Shown in pieces: positions 51,186 to 63,715 of a DNA stretch of 64,000 bases (positions are counted from its first letter, which is position 1; each line of letters begins with the position of its first letter). A program made the position numbers and the translations under genes. Below the pieces are notes generated by a model that saw nothing but the letters and a program-made list of their open reading frames with translations, was not told the origin of the DNA and did no database searches. The DNA comes from Malacoraja senta (lineage: Eukaryota): positions 13,826,001-13,890,000 of the forward strand of contig CM075986.1 of assembly GCA_038087875.1 (NCBI GenBank), given 5' to 3'.

Positions 51186-53334
51186 GACTCTCCACCCAGT
51201 TACTGGTGGTGCTGCTAAGCTATTTGTGATGATGAACATTGGGAGTACTATTCTGGGTGGAACTTCAGTGCATCTAGGTGCTGTTCGACATTGAAGTGTA
51301 ATATTTGGTTGACTGAGGAATGGCAGTCGATTGTAATCAACAGCAGGATTTCCTTGTCTGTTTGAACTAATACCATGGAACTTTATGGGGTCTGGCATCG
51401 ATGTTGAGGGTGGGCACTCTTGTCTGGCCACCATGTGTCCCCTTCATATGTGTGAGCATGCAAAGTTCTCTCTGACCAATGCCAATCCCTTTAATATAGA
51501 GGAAGGGTGTTATGGGTTATGGGGTGAAAGCAGGAGAAATTAGTTGGGAGGGAAAGATAGGTCAGCCATGACTGAATGGCGGAGTAGACATGATGGGCCG
51601 AATGGCCCAATTCTGCTCCTAGAACATATGAATATAACTTTTGACCTGTATTGGCTCCTGGTTAAGAAATGCCTTATTTTAAAAATTTGTGTATTTGTTT
51701 TCAAATGCTACCATTTTCTCGCCTCCTTTATTTTGTGACCACGCCCAGCCCTATAATCTGCTGAGATGTTGCGTTGCACTGATTATGGTCTCTTGGTCAT
51801 CCTTGGCTGCCACTGTTCTAGATGTGATGGCTATGATTCAACTCCTAATTCCTTCCCTGAAAAACCCTCTCAGCTTTGAAAAGCTTTATGAGATTTAGCT
51901 GTTTGACTGGATTTTTGATCATCTTCCCTGGTCTTTGCACCTACATGTTATTTATTTTTGTTTTTTGGACATCTTTGATCTAATAAAGGTGCTAGATAAA
52001 TGGAATTTGTTGATCATCTACTTTGTTCTCACCTCCATAACGACACCCTGGATGTCTTGATACTGCCCTGGCCAATGTTAACCAAAAGAAACAATCTAGA
52101 GATTAACTTGGGATGTACATATTTGTGAAATTCATTGTTACTCATTCTTAGTGAATCTGTAGCCATTGGGTTGATATTAAATTAAGTGAACTTGTATCTA
52201 GATATTTGGAAAGTACTTGTTCTGGGTAACTTCCAGTTTAGCCCATAAATTAAACAGTTAGGACTGTTTTTATTTCCAAGAAATGCTTCCATAAATTTCT
52301 GTTAACACAGAACTGCACAAATAGTCTATCAGTTCTACGCAACACATCACCAGTACTAATCTCAACATCCCATCACAGATGGCCATATATTATCAGAAAA
52401 AGATGCTTATGTAAAGTTCTTTCTGCCTCAAATGAAACATATGGCAGTGTTAACAGTATTTTCAGCCGTCTGCTTCACTGAGATGTCAAGCAGCGACTAG
52501 TATGGTTGATTTTATGTAAATCATGTTTGGGGTATCTGAAGCAATTGCATAAATAGTTTCCAAATAAGAAAAATAGAACGTGTTGATGGCACTGATATGA
52601 TCCTTCAGATGTAATCCTAAAACAGGATACCGCATTTCCTTTGTCTTGCCAAGAATCTGCAACTAATGCCAGATGCCCTAACTTAATTGTCATGATGTTC
52701 CTCATCATATATACCACAGTAGTGTATCGGTCTGTAAATATTGTGACCAAAATGCACACTGACCTTATAGAGTTATGTAGCAGAAATTGTTCCATTTCAA
52801 CCCATAATACCTGTGCTGTCTCTTCAAGAGTTAATTAGTTCCATCCCCTGTTGGTGTTTCAGAGTCCAACAATGGATTCCTTTGCAAGTGTTTATCTGAT
52901 TCCCTTTAAAAGCCGTTGTTGAATCTGATTCGCATCAGATTCACATTGACAAGTGATTTACATCACTTTTTATGTAAATATTCAAGATCAAACTTGCCTT
53001 ATTTTCAAAAATCTGTTCCCTCTTGTTTTTTTACCAGTTATCTTAAATCTGTGCCCTCTGGTTATTGACCTTCCTGTAAGGTTAAATATTTTTTCGTTAT
53101 TTGCTCTACAAAAAGCCTCCCTGGTTTTGAACACTTATGTTAAACAGGCACAAATTTCTCTGCTCTAAGGAAAACTGTTGCAGCTTCTCCAGTTTCTTTG
53201 TAAAACCAAATTTCAAGTTTAAGCAAGGTCAACATTTATTGCACATCCTCACATGCCCTTGGAATGGTGCCGTTGAACCATCTTAAGTTTTCACAGTTTT
53301 TCTAAGGAAGGTACTGCTGCAATCTTCATAAGTT

Positions 53335-53635
53335 CATGTGATAGGAGCAGAATTAGGCTATTCAAGTCTAGTCTGCCATTCAATCATGGCTGATCTATCT
53401 CTCCCTCCTAACCCCATTCTCCCGCCTTCTCCCCATAACCCCTGACACCCGTACTAATCCAGAATCTATCTATCTCTGCCTTAAAGATATCAATTGACGG
53501 CCTCCACAGCCGTCTGTGGCAATGAATTCCACAGATTCACCGCCCTCTGACGAAAGAAATTTATCTTCATCTCCTTCCTACAGGAACGTCCTTTAATTCT
53601 GAGGCTATGATCTCTGGTCCTAGACTATCCCACTA
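53335..53635 (-). mobile_element. CR1 LINE 3' end (same subfamily as 44225-44540 and 62930-63345)
   Basis: Shared CATGGCTGATCTATCTCTCCCTCCTAACCCCATTCTCC block. Confidence 0.85.
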
Positions 53636-54253
53636 GTTGAATGTTGTTGAATGGGTAACTTCTGAATATAGATCCAGCAACAGTGAAAGTACAGTGATGC
53701 ACTTCCAAGTCAGGAGGATGTGATTTGGAGATAAACCTACTATTGGTGGGTTCACACTTGCATGTTGTCCTTGCCATTCATGGTGGAGGTTGTATACTTA
53801 AAGGCACTGTCAGCTAAATTCAAGCGCATTTTGCAGATGATGAACACTTTGGCAGCATGTGCTGGTGATGACAGAAATAACTCTGGGATGGTGGCTGGGC
53901 TATTAATTAAACAAGCTGCTTTTCCCGGGGTGGTGTTGAATCTTGCTGAAGCTGCATTTTTAGGCAAGTAGATTGCCTTCGTTCATACTCTTCTTATATG
54001 TCCTGTAGATGGTAGAATGGTTGGGGTGTTAGAAAGTGAATGTGATTTTATAAAGTAAGGAAGGACAAAGATGAGGATGGTTAAGACATTCCTGGAGCTG
54101 GGATGACTGACCCAACAATCAAAACCATCTTTCTTCAAACACAGGTGGGTTTTTGTTTCTTAATGCCCAATGACTTTAATTTCACCAGAATGATTTGATG
54201 ACATACTTGTTTAAATGTTGCTTTGATGACAAGGGCAGTCATTCTCATCTTAA

Positions 54254-54551
54254 AGGGCCTGTCCCACTATACGAGTTTACCCAAGAGCTCTCCCGAGTAA
54301 AAAAAATAGATCAAACTCGTGGTAAGTACGTAGTGGGTACGTCGGAGCTCGGGACGTCTCTTAGCGGCTCGTAACGCTAACGGCAGGTACTCGGGGAAAC
54401 GCGGTAAGCTCGTGAAGTTTTTTCAACATGTTGAAAAATATCCATGAGAGCCCCGAGTACCTACGAGCGGCTATTACTGTAATTCTCCGAGTTCGAATCA
54501 GGGGAAACTTGGGAGAACTCTTGAATTACCTCGTACAGTGGGACAGGCCCT
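54254..54551. mobile_element. Harbinger-like MITE, TAA TSD
   Basis: Termini AGGGCCTGTCCCACT / AGTGGGACAGGCCCT; ~45-bp imperfect TIR; TAA on both sides; CpG-rich. Confidence 0.85.
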
Positions 54552-55834
54552 TAACTCTGGAATTCAGCTTTTTGGTCCATGTTTGGACTAAAGCAGTAAC
54601 CAAGTCTGGAGAGAAGTTGTCCTGACAAAATCCATACTGAGTGTGCGGGAAGCACCAACATACGAACACTTGCCATCACTTTACTGAGTGAGAATAGACT
54701 AATTGGATGGTAGTCAACCAGATTTGGTATGTCCTGTATTTTAGGACAGCACGTGCACATGCATCATTTCACCTTTGTTGGATATATGCCAGTGCTTTGG
54801 CTGTATTTGAATAGTTTGACAAAGGTATAACTAGTTCTGGAGCAGAGCTCTTCCATATTAGAGCAAGGATGTTGTCTTAAGCAACAAACAAGCTCTCAAT
54901 AATCATACAGTTGTAAATGAAAGGAAATAAACTGCATATGATTTAAAGCCTGATTTAAAAAGAGAAAATATTCAACCACAATTATGTTTCCAATTTTTCT
55001 AAACATTACAGCAGTATTTTCTCACAGATATTGTACTCTATTTATTTAACCAAAGAGTAATTTTAATAGTGCTAAATCTCCACAGTAGATCATGAATCAC
55101 AGGCGACACATTTGGTTTGCTTGATTTTTTTTCTGTCTTCTCTGAAAATCTGCTTTCTGTAGAGAAAGGTTTCTCATCTGATATATATTGTATAAGATTT
55201 GTAAATATGGTAATACAAATCATTTGGGTTTCGTTTATTGAAAAGAACATGACTTCCTACCATCCTTTTAATTAGAAAGCATTTAAAAAGAATTAACCAA
55301 AATAAATGACTAAATACCTCAGAAAAACTGACTGAACCAACTAATATTATTTTTTGAATTCTTACTAATTGGGATGATTACTCTGGGGAATGGGTTATTA
55401 AACGAATGAGCATTGTATGTGATAGAATGGAATAAGCCTGTTCTATAGAATGAATGGTTGATCCCACAATAACATTGTTTTTCCGTGTATTTATATATAA
55501 ACACATCATAATAGAGATCTTCTCTGCTACTCTGCTTATTTTTGACACAGCCCTAGTCCTTTTGCCCTCTATAATCTATCTTCATTATCATCTTGTTCCC
55601 TCACTTTGCAGTTATAATCAGTTCTTGAGGGTGTAACAAAACACTTTACAGCCAATCATGTCTTTCTGAAATGTATTCACTGTTAGGAAGGAAGTTACAG
55701 AGTGGCATGCGCAATATTCTTTTTTGGAGAAGCATATTTCTAAAAATACACTCTTACTGCATGTTGTATTTCGAATCCAAATGATTTTCACACAAGGGTT
55801 TCTTTCAGTTCAGATATGGTGTGAAATTGTTCAC

Positions 55835-56400
55835 AGAGTCAGAGCTCTACAGCACAGAAACAGGTCTAACTCGTGCTTGCCAAACTCATGGTGCACATCC
55901 CTCCTATCCATGTATCTGTCTAAGTGTATTTTTCAATGTTGTAATTGTACCCACTCCTGCCACTTCCTCTGGCAGCTCAATCCATCAACACACAACCCTT
56001 TTGTGTGAAAAAATTGTCCCTTGGATCTCTTTTAAATCTTTCCCCTCTCCTATCCATATACCTGTCCAAATGTATTTTAAATGTTATAGTAACTGCCTCA
56101 GCTTCCTCCTCTGGCAGCTTTTTCCACATTCCCACCCCGCTGTGAGCAAAAGCTGCCCTCAGATTCCTATTAAATCTTTCTCCTCTCATCTTAAACCTAT
56201 GACCTCATGGTTTTTCACTCTTCTACCCTGGGGAATAGACTGGTGATTCACCCTACCTATGCCCCTTATGATTGTATAAACCTCTACAACATTACCCTCA
56301 GCCTCCTACACTGCAGGAAATAAAGATCCACCCTCTCCTAACGACTCAATCCCTCCAGACCCAGTAACAATCTCATTAACAAAATTTCACCATTTCCAGT
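55835..56400 (-). mobile_element. CR1 3' fragments with a tandemly repeated ~145-bp segment
   Basis: RGERFNRNLR / RGERFKRDPR repeated in ORF 55977-56189. Confidence 0.75.
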
Positions 56401-56529
56401 TTCATTTGAAGCTGAGATGTTCCTTTTTTTTCTTATAGGGTATAATTCTGCTGTTTAGCTCACGTAATTCACTTTTAATTTTGTGTCATACAAGGACATA
56501 AGAATTTCATCCTCTTGTGTATCAAGTAC

Positions 56530-56830
56530 TTCTGGCACTTTGGTGCGGGCGGTAGGGCCACTGTCTCACAGCACCAGAGACCCAAGTTCAATTTTAACTT
56601 TGGGTGGGGAATTTGTACCACCTTCTTGTGCCTACGTTCTCCTGGTTTTCCTCCAGCATCCCAAAGACGTGTAGTTTGGCAGGTTGATTGGCCACTGTAA
56701 CTTGCCTGTAGTGTATAGGTGGAATCTGGGTGGAATCGATGAAAATGTGGAGAAAATAAAAAATTGGGATGGATTTGGGATTAGTATAAATGGGGCAATT
56801 GAAGGGCATGTGTCTGTGCTGTATCTCTGT
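56530..56830 (+). mobile_element. V-SINE
   Basis: Diverged head, CATCCCAAAGACGTG core, TCTGTGCTGTATCTCT tail. Confidence 0.65.
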
Positions 56831-57296
56831 AACTCTCCCTCTGCCTTACAAATCCTCAAAACGTCCACTTCCACTGCCATTTCAGGAAGAGTCCCCAATG
56901 CTCCCAAGCTTCTGAGGAAAAAATGTAATCTTATCACTGTTTAAATTGCTGGCTCGTATTTTTAAACAGTGAACCTTAGTTCTAGTTTCTCACAGAAGTG
57001 GAAACATCTTCTCCACATCAAGACCCCTCATGATGTTGGTGAGATATTTTCAGTAGTATACAGCAGACAGAAAGAAGTACTATTGGACAAATAGAAAAGA
57101 TAGAACGTGTGTGGTTAATGTGTGAATCTAGCTTCAAATTTCATAAATAGTACCAATTGAAAAACAAAAATGAGTCCTTTCTAAGCCTAATCACGTGTGG
57201 CACGCTAATATTATAGCCTCATGCATGGTACAGTGGCACACTGAGGTAGAGTTGCATCTCTGCCTCTCAACCTCATTTAAATTCTGATTCTCTGGT

Positions 57297-57486
57297 TGAT
57301 AGACACAAAATGCTGGAGTAACTCAGCGGGACAGACAGCATCTCTGGAGAGAAGGAATGGGTGACGTTTCGGGTCGAGACCCATTCCTTCTCTCCAGAGA
57401 TGCTGCCTGTCCCGCTGAGTTACTCCAGCATTTTGTGTCTATCTTCGGTTTAAACCAGCATCTGCAGTTCCTTCCTACACATTTCG
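57297..57486. mobile_element. Palindromic Penelope-derived mini-element; 14-bp TSD TCTGATTCTCTGGT
   Basis: ~60-bp near-perfect inverted arms; TSD at 57283-57296 and 57487-57500. Confidence 0.85.
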
Positions 57487-57673
57487 TCTGATTCTCTGGT
57501 GATGTCTGTGTGGGAATTTGTGTGTTTTTCTTGTGGCTGCCTGGGATTCCTGTTTGCTCCAGTTTCCTCCCGTATCCGAAAGACGTGTAGACAGGGAAGC
57601 AAATTGCCCAAAGTGCGCGTGTGTAGGTGACTATTAAAGCCTAGCGTAGCTGATGCGAATGTGAGATGACTTT

Positions 57674-59287
57674 CAGTGGCTTGGAAAAGTATTCATACCG
57701 CTTGAACTTTTCCACATTTTGTCATGTTACAACCACAAACGTAAATGTATTTTATTGGGATTTTATGTGATAGACCAACACAAAGTGGTGCATAATTGTG
57801 AAGTGGAAGGAAAATGATACATGGTTTTCACATTTTTTTACAAATAAGAAACTGAAAAGTGTGGCGTGCAAAAGTATTCAGCCCCCCTGAGTCAATACTT
57901 TGTAGAACCACCTTTCGCTGCAATTACAGCTGCAAGTCTTTTGGGGTATGTCTCTACCAGCTTTGCACATCTAGAGACTGAAATTTTTGCCCATTCTTCT
58001 GTGCAAAATAGCTCAAACTCAGTCAGATTGGATGGAGAGCGTCTGTGAACAGCAATTTTCAAGTCTTGCCAGAGATTCTCAATTGGATTTAGGTCTGGAC
58101 TTTGACTGGGCCATTCTAACACATGAATATGCTTTGATCTAAACCATTCCATTGTAGCTCTGGCTGTATGTTTAGGGTCGTCCTGCTGGAAGGTGAACCT
58201 CCGCCCCAGTCTCAAGTCTTTTGCAGACTCTAGCAGGTTTTCTTCCAAGATTGCCCTGTATTTGGCTCCATCCATCTTCCCATCAACTCTGACCAGCTTC
58301 CCTGTCCCTGCTGAAGAAAAGCATCCCCACAGCATGATGCTGCCACCACCATGTTTCACAGTGGGGATGGTGTGTTCAGGGTGATGTGCAGTGTTAGTTT
58401 TCCGCCACACATAGCGTTTTGCATTTAGGCCCAAAACTTCAATTTTGGTCTCATCTGACCAGAGCACTTTCCTCCACATGTTTGCTGTGTCCCCCACATG
58501 GCTTGTTGCAAACTGCAAACGGGACTTCTTATGGCTTTTTTTCAACAATGGCTTTCTTCTTGCCACTCTTCCATAAAGGCCCGATTTGTAGAGTGCACGA
58601 CTAATAGTTGTCCTGTGGACAGATTCTCCCACCTAAGCTGTGGATCTCTGCCGCTCCTCCAAAGTTACCATGGGCCTCTTGGCTGCTTCTCTGATCAATG
58701 CTCTCCTTGCCCGGCCTGTCAGTTTAGGTGGACGGCCATGTCTTGGTAGGTTTGCAGTTGTGCCATACTCTTTCCATTTTCGGATGATGGATTGAACAGT
58801 GCTCTGTGAGATGTTCAAAGCTTGGGATATTTTTTTATAACCTAACCCTGCTTTAAACTTCTCCACAACTTTATCCCTGACCTGTCTGGTGTGTTCCTTG
58901 GGCTTCATGATGCTGTTTGTTCACTAATGTTCTCTAACAAACCTCTGAGGCCTTCACAGAACAGCTGTATTTATACTGAGATTAGATTACACACAAGTGG
59001 ACTCTATTTACTAATTAGGTGACTTCGGAAGGCAATTGGTTGCACTGGATTTTATTTAGGGGTATCAGAGTAAAGGGGGCTGAATACTTTTGTACGCCAC
59101 ACTTTTCAGTTTTTTATTTGTAAACAAATTTGGAAACCATGTATCATTTTCCTTCCACTTCACAATTATGCGCCACTTTGTGTTGGTCTATCACATAAAA
59201 TCCCAATAAAATACATTTACGTTTGTGGTTGTAACGTGACAAAATGTGGAAAAGTTCAAGGGGTATGAAAACTTTTCCAAGCCACTG
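57674..59287 (-). mobile_element. Full-length Tc1/mariner DNA transposon of the Passport (PPTN) IR/DR family
   Basis: 213-bp TIRs (57674-57886, 59075-59287) starting CAGTGGCTTGGAAAAG, ~9 mismatches by eye; inner/outer AAAAGTATTCA direct repeats; right flank TA, left flank TT; internal transposase. Confidence 0.95.
57892..58908 (-). pseudogene. Passport-like DD34E Tc1 transposase, inactivated
   Basis: Abutting in-frame ORFs 58633-58908 (paired-like HTH, GRPPK) and 57892-58632 (WSDETK, QQD-DPKH, SPDLNPIENLW) split by one TAG; Asn of QQDNDPKH deleted. Confidence 0.93.
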
Positions 59288-59914
59288 TAAATGGGATTAG
59301 TGTAGGATGATTGCAAGTGATTGATAGTTTGTGCGGGACGAAAGGTCTGCTTCCGTGCTCTGTGACTCTATATCCCTCCCTTTCTTTGCAACTTCAATTC
59401 CAAAAACCTTGAAGGTTCAGCTAGCCATTACAGGCTCCCTTTTGTAGCACTACTTTTAATCACTGTGTGGGCAGCAGTCTATGTCAGGTGATTGGAGCCC
59501 TAAGCTCAAGAATCCCCTGCCCAAACACCTCAGCTGCTCTCCACTTTTTAAGGTACTCCTTAAAACCTACTTCTCTGAACAATCTTCTGTCAGACTGTCT
59601 AAATAGCTCCTTGTGTGGCACCGTGTCTAGTTTTATTTAATAATTCCATCCGTGAAGTGCCTTGGGATGTTTTGCTCTGTTAAATGCCATGTTTTTGTTG
59701 TTGGTGTCGTGTGTGGTCAGTGCTTACGGCACTTCATAACAAAGTTTTCAACATTTAGAGAAGGTACCTTCGAAGGCAGTTAAGCTATCCTAAGTAAGGC
59801 TTTGGGAATGGTTGTATATGAGCAAAGAAAGAATTGGCTTTTCAAAAATGTCTCTGTAGAAATTCCTTGTCACTGAAATAATTGCAGATAGTGAATGAAA
59901 TACACAGTTTGTAA

Positions 59915-60485
59915 TAGAAACATGGAAAATAGGTGCAGGAGGAGGCCATTCGGCCCTTCGAGCCAGCACCTCCATTCATTGTGATCATGGCTGATCGTCC
60001 CCAATCAATAACCCATGACTGCCTTCTCCCCATATCCCTTGATTACACTAGCCCCTAGAGCTCTATCTAACTCTCTCTTAAATCCATCCAATGCCCTCTG
60101 TGGCAGGGAATTCCACAAATTCACAACTCCCTGGGTGAAAACGTTTCTTCTCACCTCAGTAGAATAATATCCTACCCTACACAACCTTCCCCTTTATTCT
60201 AAGTGTGGCCCCTGGTTCTGGACTCGCCCAACATTGGAAACATTATTCCTGCATTTAGCTTGTCCAGTCCTTTTATAATTGTATATGTTTCTATAAGATA
60301 TCCCCTCATCCTTCTAAACTCCAGTGAATACAAGCCTAGTCTTTTCAATCTTTCCTCATATGACAGTCCCGCCATCCCAGGGATCAATCTCGTGAACCTA
60401 CGCTGCACTGCCTCAATCACAAGGATGTCCTTCCCCAAATTAGGAGACCAAAACCGTACACAATACTCCAGATGTGGTCTCACCA
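59915..60485 (-). mobile_element. CR1 LINE 3' end (ORF2 C-terminus + 3' UTR)
   Basis: VRPHLEYCVRFWSP...VQRRFTRLIPGMAGLSYEERLKRLGLYSLEFRRMRG...ESRTRGH. Confidence 0.9.
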
Positions 60486-60679
60486 CCAATATTGGAAGAA
60501 CTTGTGAAAGTATCAAAAACTCACCATTACAGGTTCCACACAAATTAACATGCCTAGTAATTGGATTTCAAACATTTTTGGTGCATAGGTCTGATGCACA
60601 GTGCTGACATCAAGTCAGGTTCTCCTCAAAAGATAGCAAAACTAGTGAAATTCAAAATTTCTGCAGATGCTAGAAATCT

Positions 60680-60905
60680 GTAGCGCTGAGACCTGGTGTC
60701 AGCTATCCACCTATTACTCGCCAAGCTTTGACCTGCCACTCCTCTCGTCCAGCATTTTTCCACCTCCCACCACAATCAGTTTGAAGAAGGACCCTGACCC
60801 AAAATGTCATATATTCATGTTCTCCAGGGATACTGCCTGACATGCTGAATTACTCCAGCATTTTGTCTTTTTTTTTTGTAAACTAACATCTGCCGTTCCT
60901 TATGT
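60680..60905 (+). mobile_element. Penelope-like 3' terminal fragment, decayed core
   Basis: CAATCAGTTTGAAGAAGGACCCTGACCCAAAATGTCA followed by the family tail. Confidence 0.65.
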
Positions 60906-62929
60906 CTGCAATGCTAGAAACACTCAGTAAGTCAGGCAATATCTGTGGACGGAGGAACTGAATTTATATTAAATTCGAGATCCTTTGTCCGAACTGTGAA
61001 CTTCACAAGAACTTTTTAATAGTTCCGACGAATGATCTCTGACCTGAAATCAGAGTCATAGAGCTGTACATCACGGAACCAGGCCACAAGGCCGACTCGT
61101 CGATGTCAACAAAGATGTCCAATCTAAGCTAGTCCCATTTGCCCACTTTTGGCCCATATACCTCTGTCTTTCCTATCCATGTACTTGTCCTTCGAATTTT
61201 GTTATAGTATCTGCCGCAATTACCTCTTCTGGCAGTTCCATATACCCAGCACCCCCATCAAGTTTCTATTAAATCTTTCCCCTCTTACCTTAAATCTCTG
61301 TTTTTCTTTGTTCCCAGATTCTGTAAATGAATCCTTTCCCCTCATGATTTTATACATCTCTCCAATATCGTATTTCAACCTCCTGCACTCACAAGGAATA
61401 ATATCCTACCCTACACAACCTTTCCCTATAGCTCAGTACCTCTACAGGCAACACCTATGTAAATCTTCGCTGCACTCTTTCCAGCGTAAGGACACTGTAA
61501 GGGATGTTTGTGCATCATCTGAGCTCTACAATGCAGTGTTTTTTATATCTAGTGTAGCTGTGCATTATTGGAGTGTTGAACAGGCTTTTGTAGCCTTTCT
61601 CATCACCCTACCCAATAGAAGAGGCCGTTGATAGCCTGCCCTGTGTTCCTCGTTTTGATTACATAGGTGTTCAGGTTACGGCTCATGGATCCCTGGCTCC
61701 TGGTCAGTATGATGCTCTTCCACCAGCATGGCCTGTTTGTGCTCTGCTTGGTTGTGCAGCCTGCAGAGCACCGTGAGGAACACTGCGCCTGTGGTTGACA
61801 TGGACTGCATAAGACGGAATCTTATCTTCAGGAGAGCAGAATCTTATCTTCAGGAGAGCAATGGTGTTTCTCACTCCGATGCTCATGGTTGCTGTATTGT
61901 CACAGCAATGCTCGCTATTCCATTTGGCATGAGAAACCTTGGTAGTAGAGGATAGGCCTTGTTCAGACAGGATGTGATGTCCCTGACGACCTCTCTGAGA
62001 ATTGGCACATCACAGATGGATATGTCTTTATCTTCTGGCACAGGGTCCCTGAATGGCCCATCATGCTGGTTCTGAGAATGGGATGCTACCAATAGTGTCA
62101 CTGTAAAGGTAGCCAGTGAATGAGCATCTTAGCGCTAAATGCTGCAAAAAGCATCTGCTGCTGGTTCTGACATAGGGGACTTAGTAAAGTCTTGTGTTCA
62201 CAATTGTACTGCCCAGTCAGGTTTCCCAATGTTTGTCGTGTGTCCCTTTAAACTGAGAATAGCAGGTTCTGAGTGATCCCAGTTCTACCAAGGCGATTTC
62301 TAAATGATTATAATGTGGAGCTTTGAGCTCCATTTATGTTGATGTGGGTGAGAATGTGCATTACATAAATAATGTCAGCATCAAAAATGTTTGATCCAGT
62401 TTTGCACTTGTCGCAATTTCATCCGGAGGTAGTACAATTCACTCCAGGCAAAATTGGTTTTGGATCGTTTAGCACTTAATAAAACAGTGCCACACAATCC
62501 AATTTCTACTACAGAAGCTGAGCTAGCTAATTAAGGAAACTTGAATAAAATGAAACTGAAGGAAAAAATGGAAATTGCTGTGGATGTAGGTCAACTGATC
62601 TGATACAATATAAAGGGCATTGAGTTTGCAGGGCTTTTTTTAATAAATTGTTCCATCTTACAAACAATAGGGAAGGTATATGAGCTGACAGACTCGAGAC
62701 AAAGCAAGACTTCTGTATGTTATTAAATGCATTGAATACGTAGAATACAGTTTTAGCTCGGGGCTCTGTAAAGTGCTAAGATGCCATTTCTCTTTATTAG
62801 AAATCAAGACCAAAGGTGTGCCGTGTCAGTTGGGAGCAGGTTATTGTCTCGTTTAATTTCACTGCCCTAGATATATACTTGAAGATTTGTGAACTATTTG
62901 ATACAGTGGAGCAGATTGGTGCACCTGGT

Positions 62930-63345
62930 GGGAGCAGAATTAGGCCATTCAGCCCATCAGGTCTACTCCGCCATTCAAACATGGCTGATCTATCTCTCCC
63001 TCCTAACCCCATTCCCCTGCCTTCTCCCCATAAGCCCTGACAGTCCTACTAATTAAGAATCTATCTCTGCTTTAAAAATATTAATTGACTTGTCTTCCAC
63101 AACCTTCTGTGGCAAAGAATTCCACAGATTCACCATCCTCTGGCTAAAGAAATTCCTCCTCATCTCCTTCCTAAAAGAATGCCCTTTAATTCGGAGGCTA
63201 TGACCTCTGGTCCTAGACTTTCCCACTAGTGGAAACATTCTCTCCACATCCAAGCATTTCACTATTACGTACATTTTAATGTGGTCCCCCCTCATTCTTC
63301 TAAATATCAGCGAGTACAGGCCCAGTGCCGTCAAACGCTCATCTT
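62930..63345 (-). mobile_element. CR1 LINE 3' end
   Basis: ERLTALGLYSLIFRRMRGD...SRTRGHSLRIKG...RRNFFSQRMVNLWNSLP. Confidence 0.88.
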
Positions 63346-63484
63346 TCACCTTTGCCATATGTGTTAGTAACTGCAATGTTGCTGGAAGTTGCTTAAGATG
63401 TATTCTTATACTGTATAGATTGCAAATGAATTGAATGATAAGAATTATTTTTTTGTATTGGCAGTTGTTGGTGGATTGTCTATT

Positions 63485-63705
63485 ATCTGAATCGGACATT
63501 ATGTGTTGAAGTCCCACACAGACACAGCTACACATTTCAGCTGACTTTGCAAAGTGTGAATGAGGGAGTGCTGCATTGTTGGAGGTGCCATCTTTTAGAT
63601 GCTAAAGTTAGGGACGACCGGCTCTTTCAAGTGGTCATAAAAATAATCCCATGGCACCGTCTTGAAGAGCAACAAATTTTTCCCAAATGTTATGGCTAGC
63701 TTTAT
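63485..63705 (+). mobile_element. Deu-domain SINE (SacSINE1/AmnSINE1-related)
   Basis: TGAGGGAGTGCTGCATTGTTGGAGGTGCCATCTTT...ATCCCATGGCAC...TTGAAGAGCA matches the DeuSINE core as I recall it. Confidence 0.7.
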
Positions 63706-63715
63706 CTTTGAGTTA

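Larger units (their letters stand above)
57225..59370 (+). mobile_element. Degenerate HE1/V-SINE interrupted by a Penelope-derived palindrome (57297-57486) and the Passport element
   Basis: tRNA-like head at ~57225, V-domain-like GTTTGCTCCAGTTTCCTCCC at ~57550, CR1-type tail GGTCTGCTTCCGTGCTCTGTGACTCTA at ~59345. Confidence 0.7.

Noticed and set aside
60667-60920. ATGCTAGAAA duplication as a TSD
   Set aside because: The host terminal repeat naturally contains ATGCTGGAAA twice, so it is probably internal
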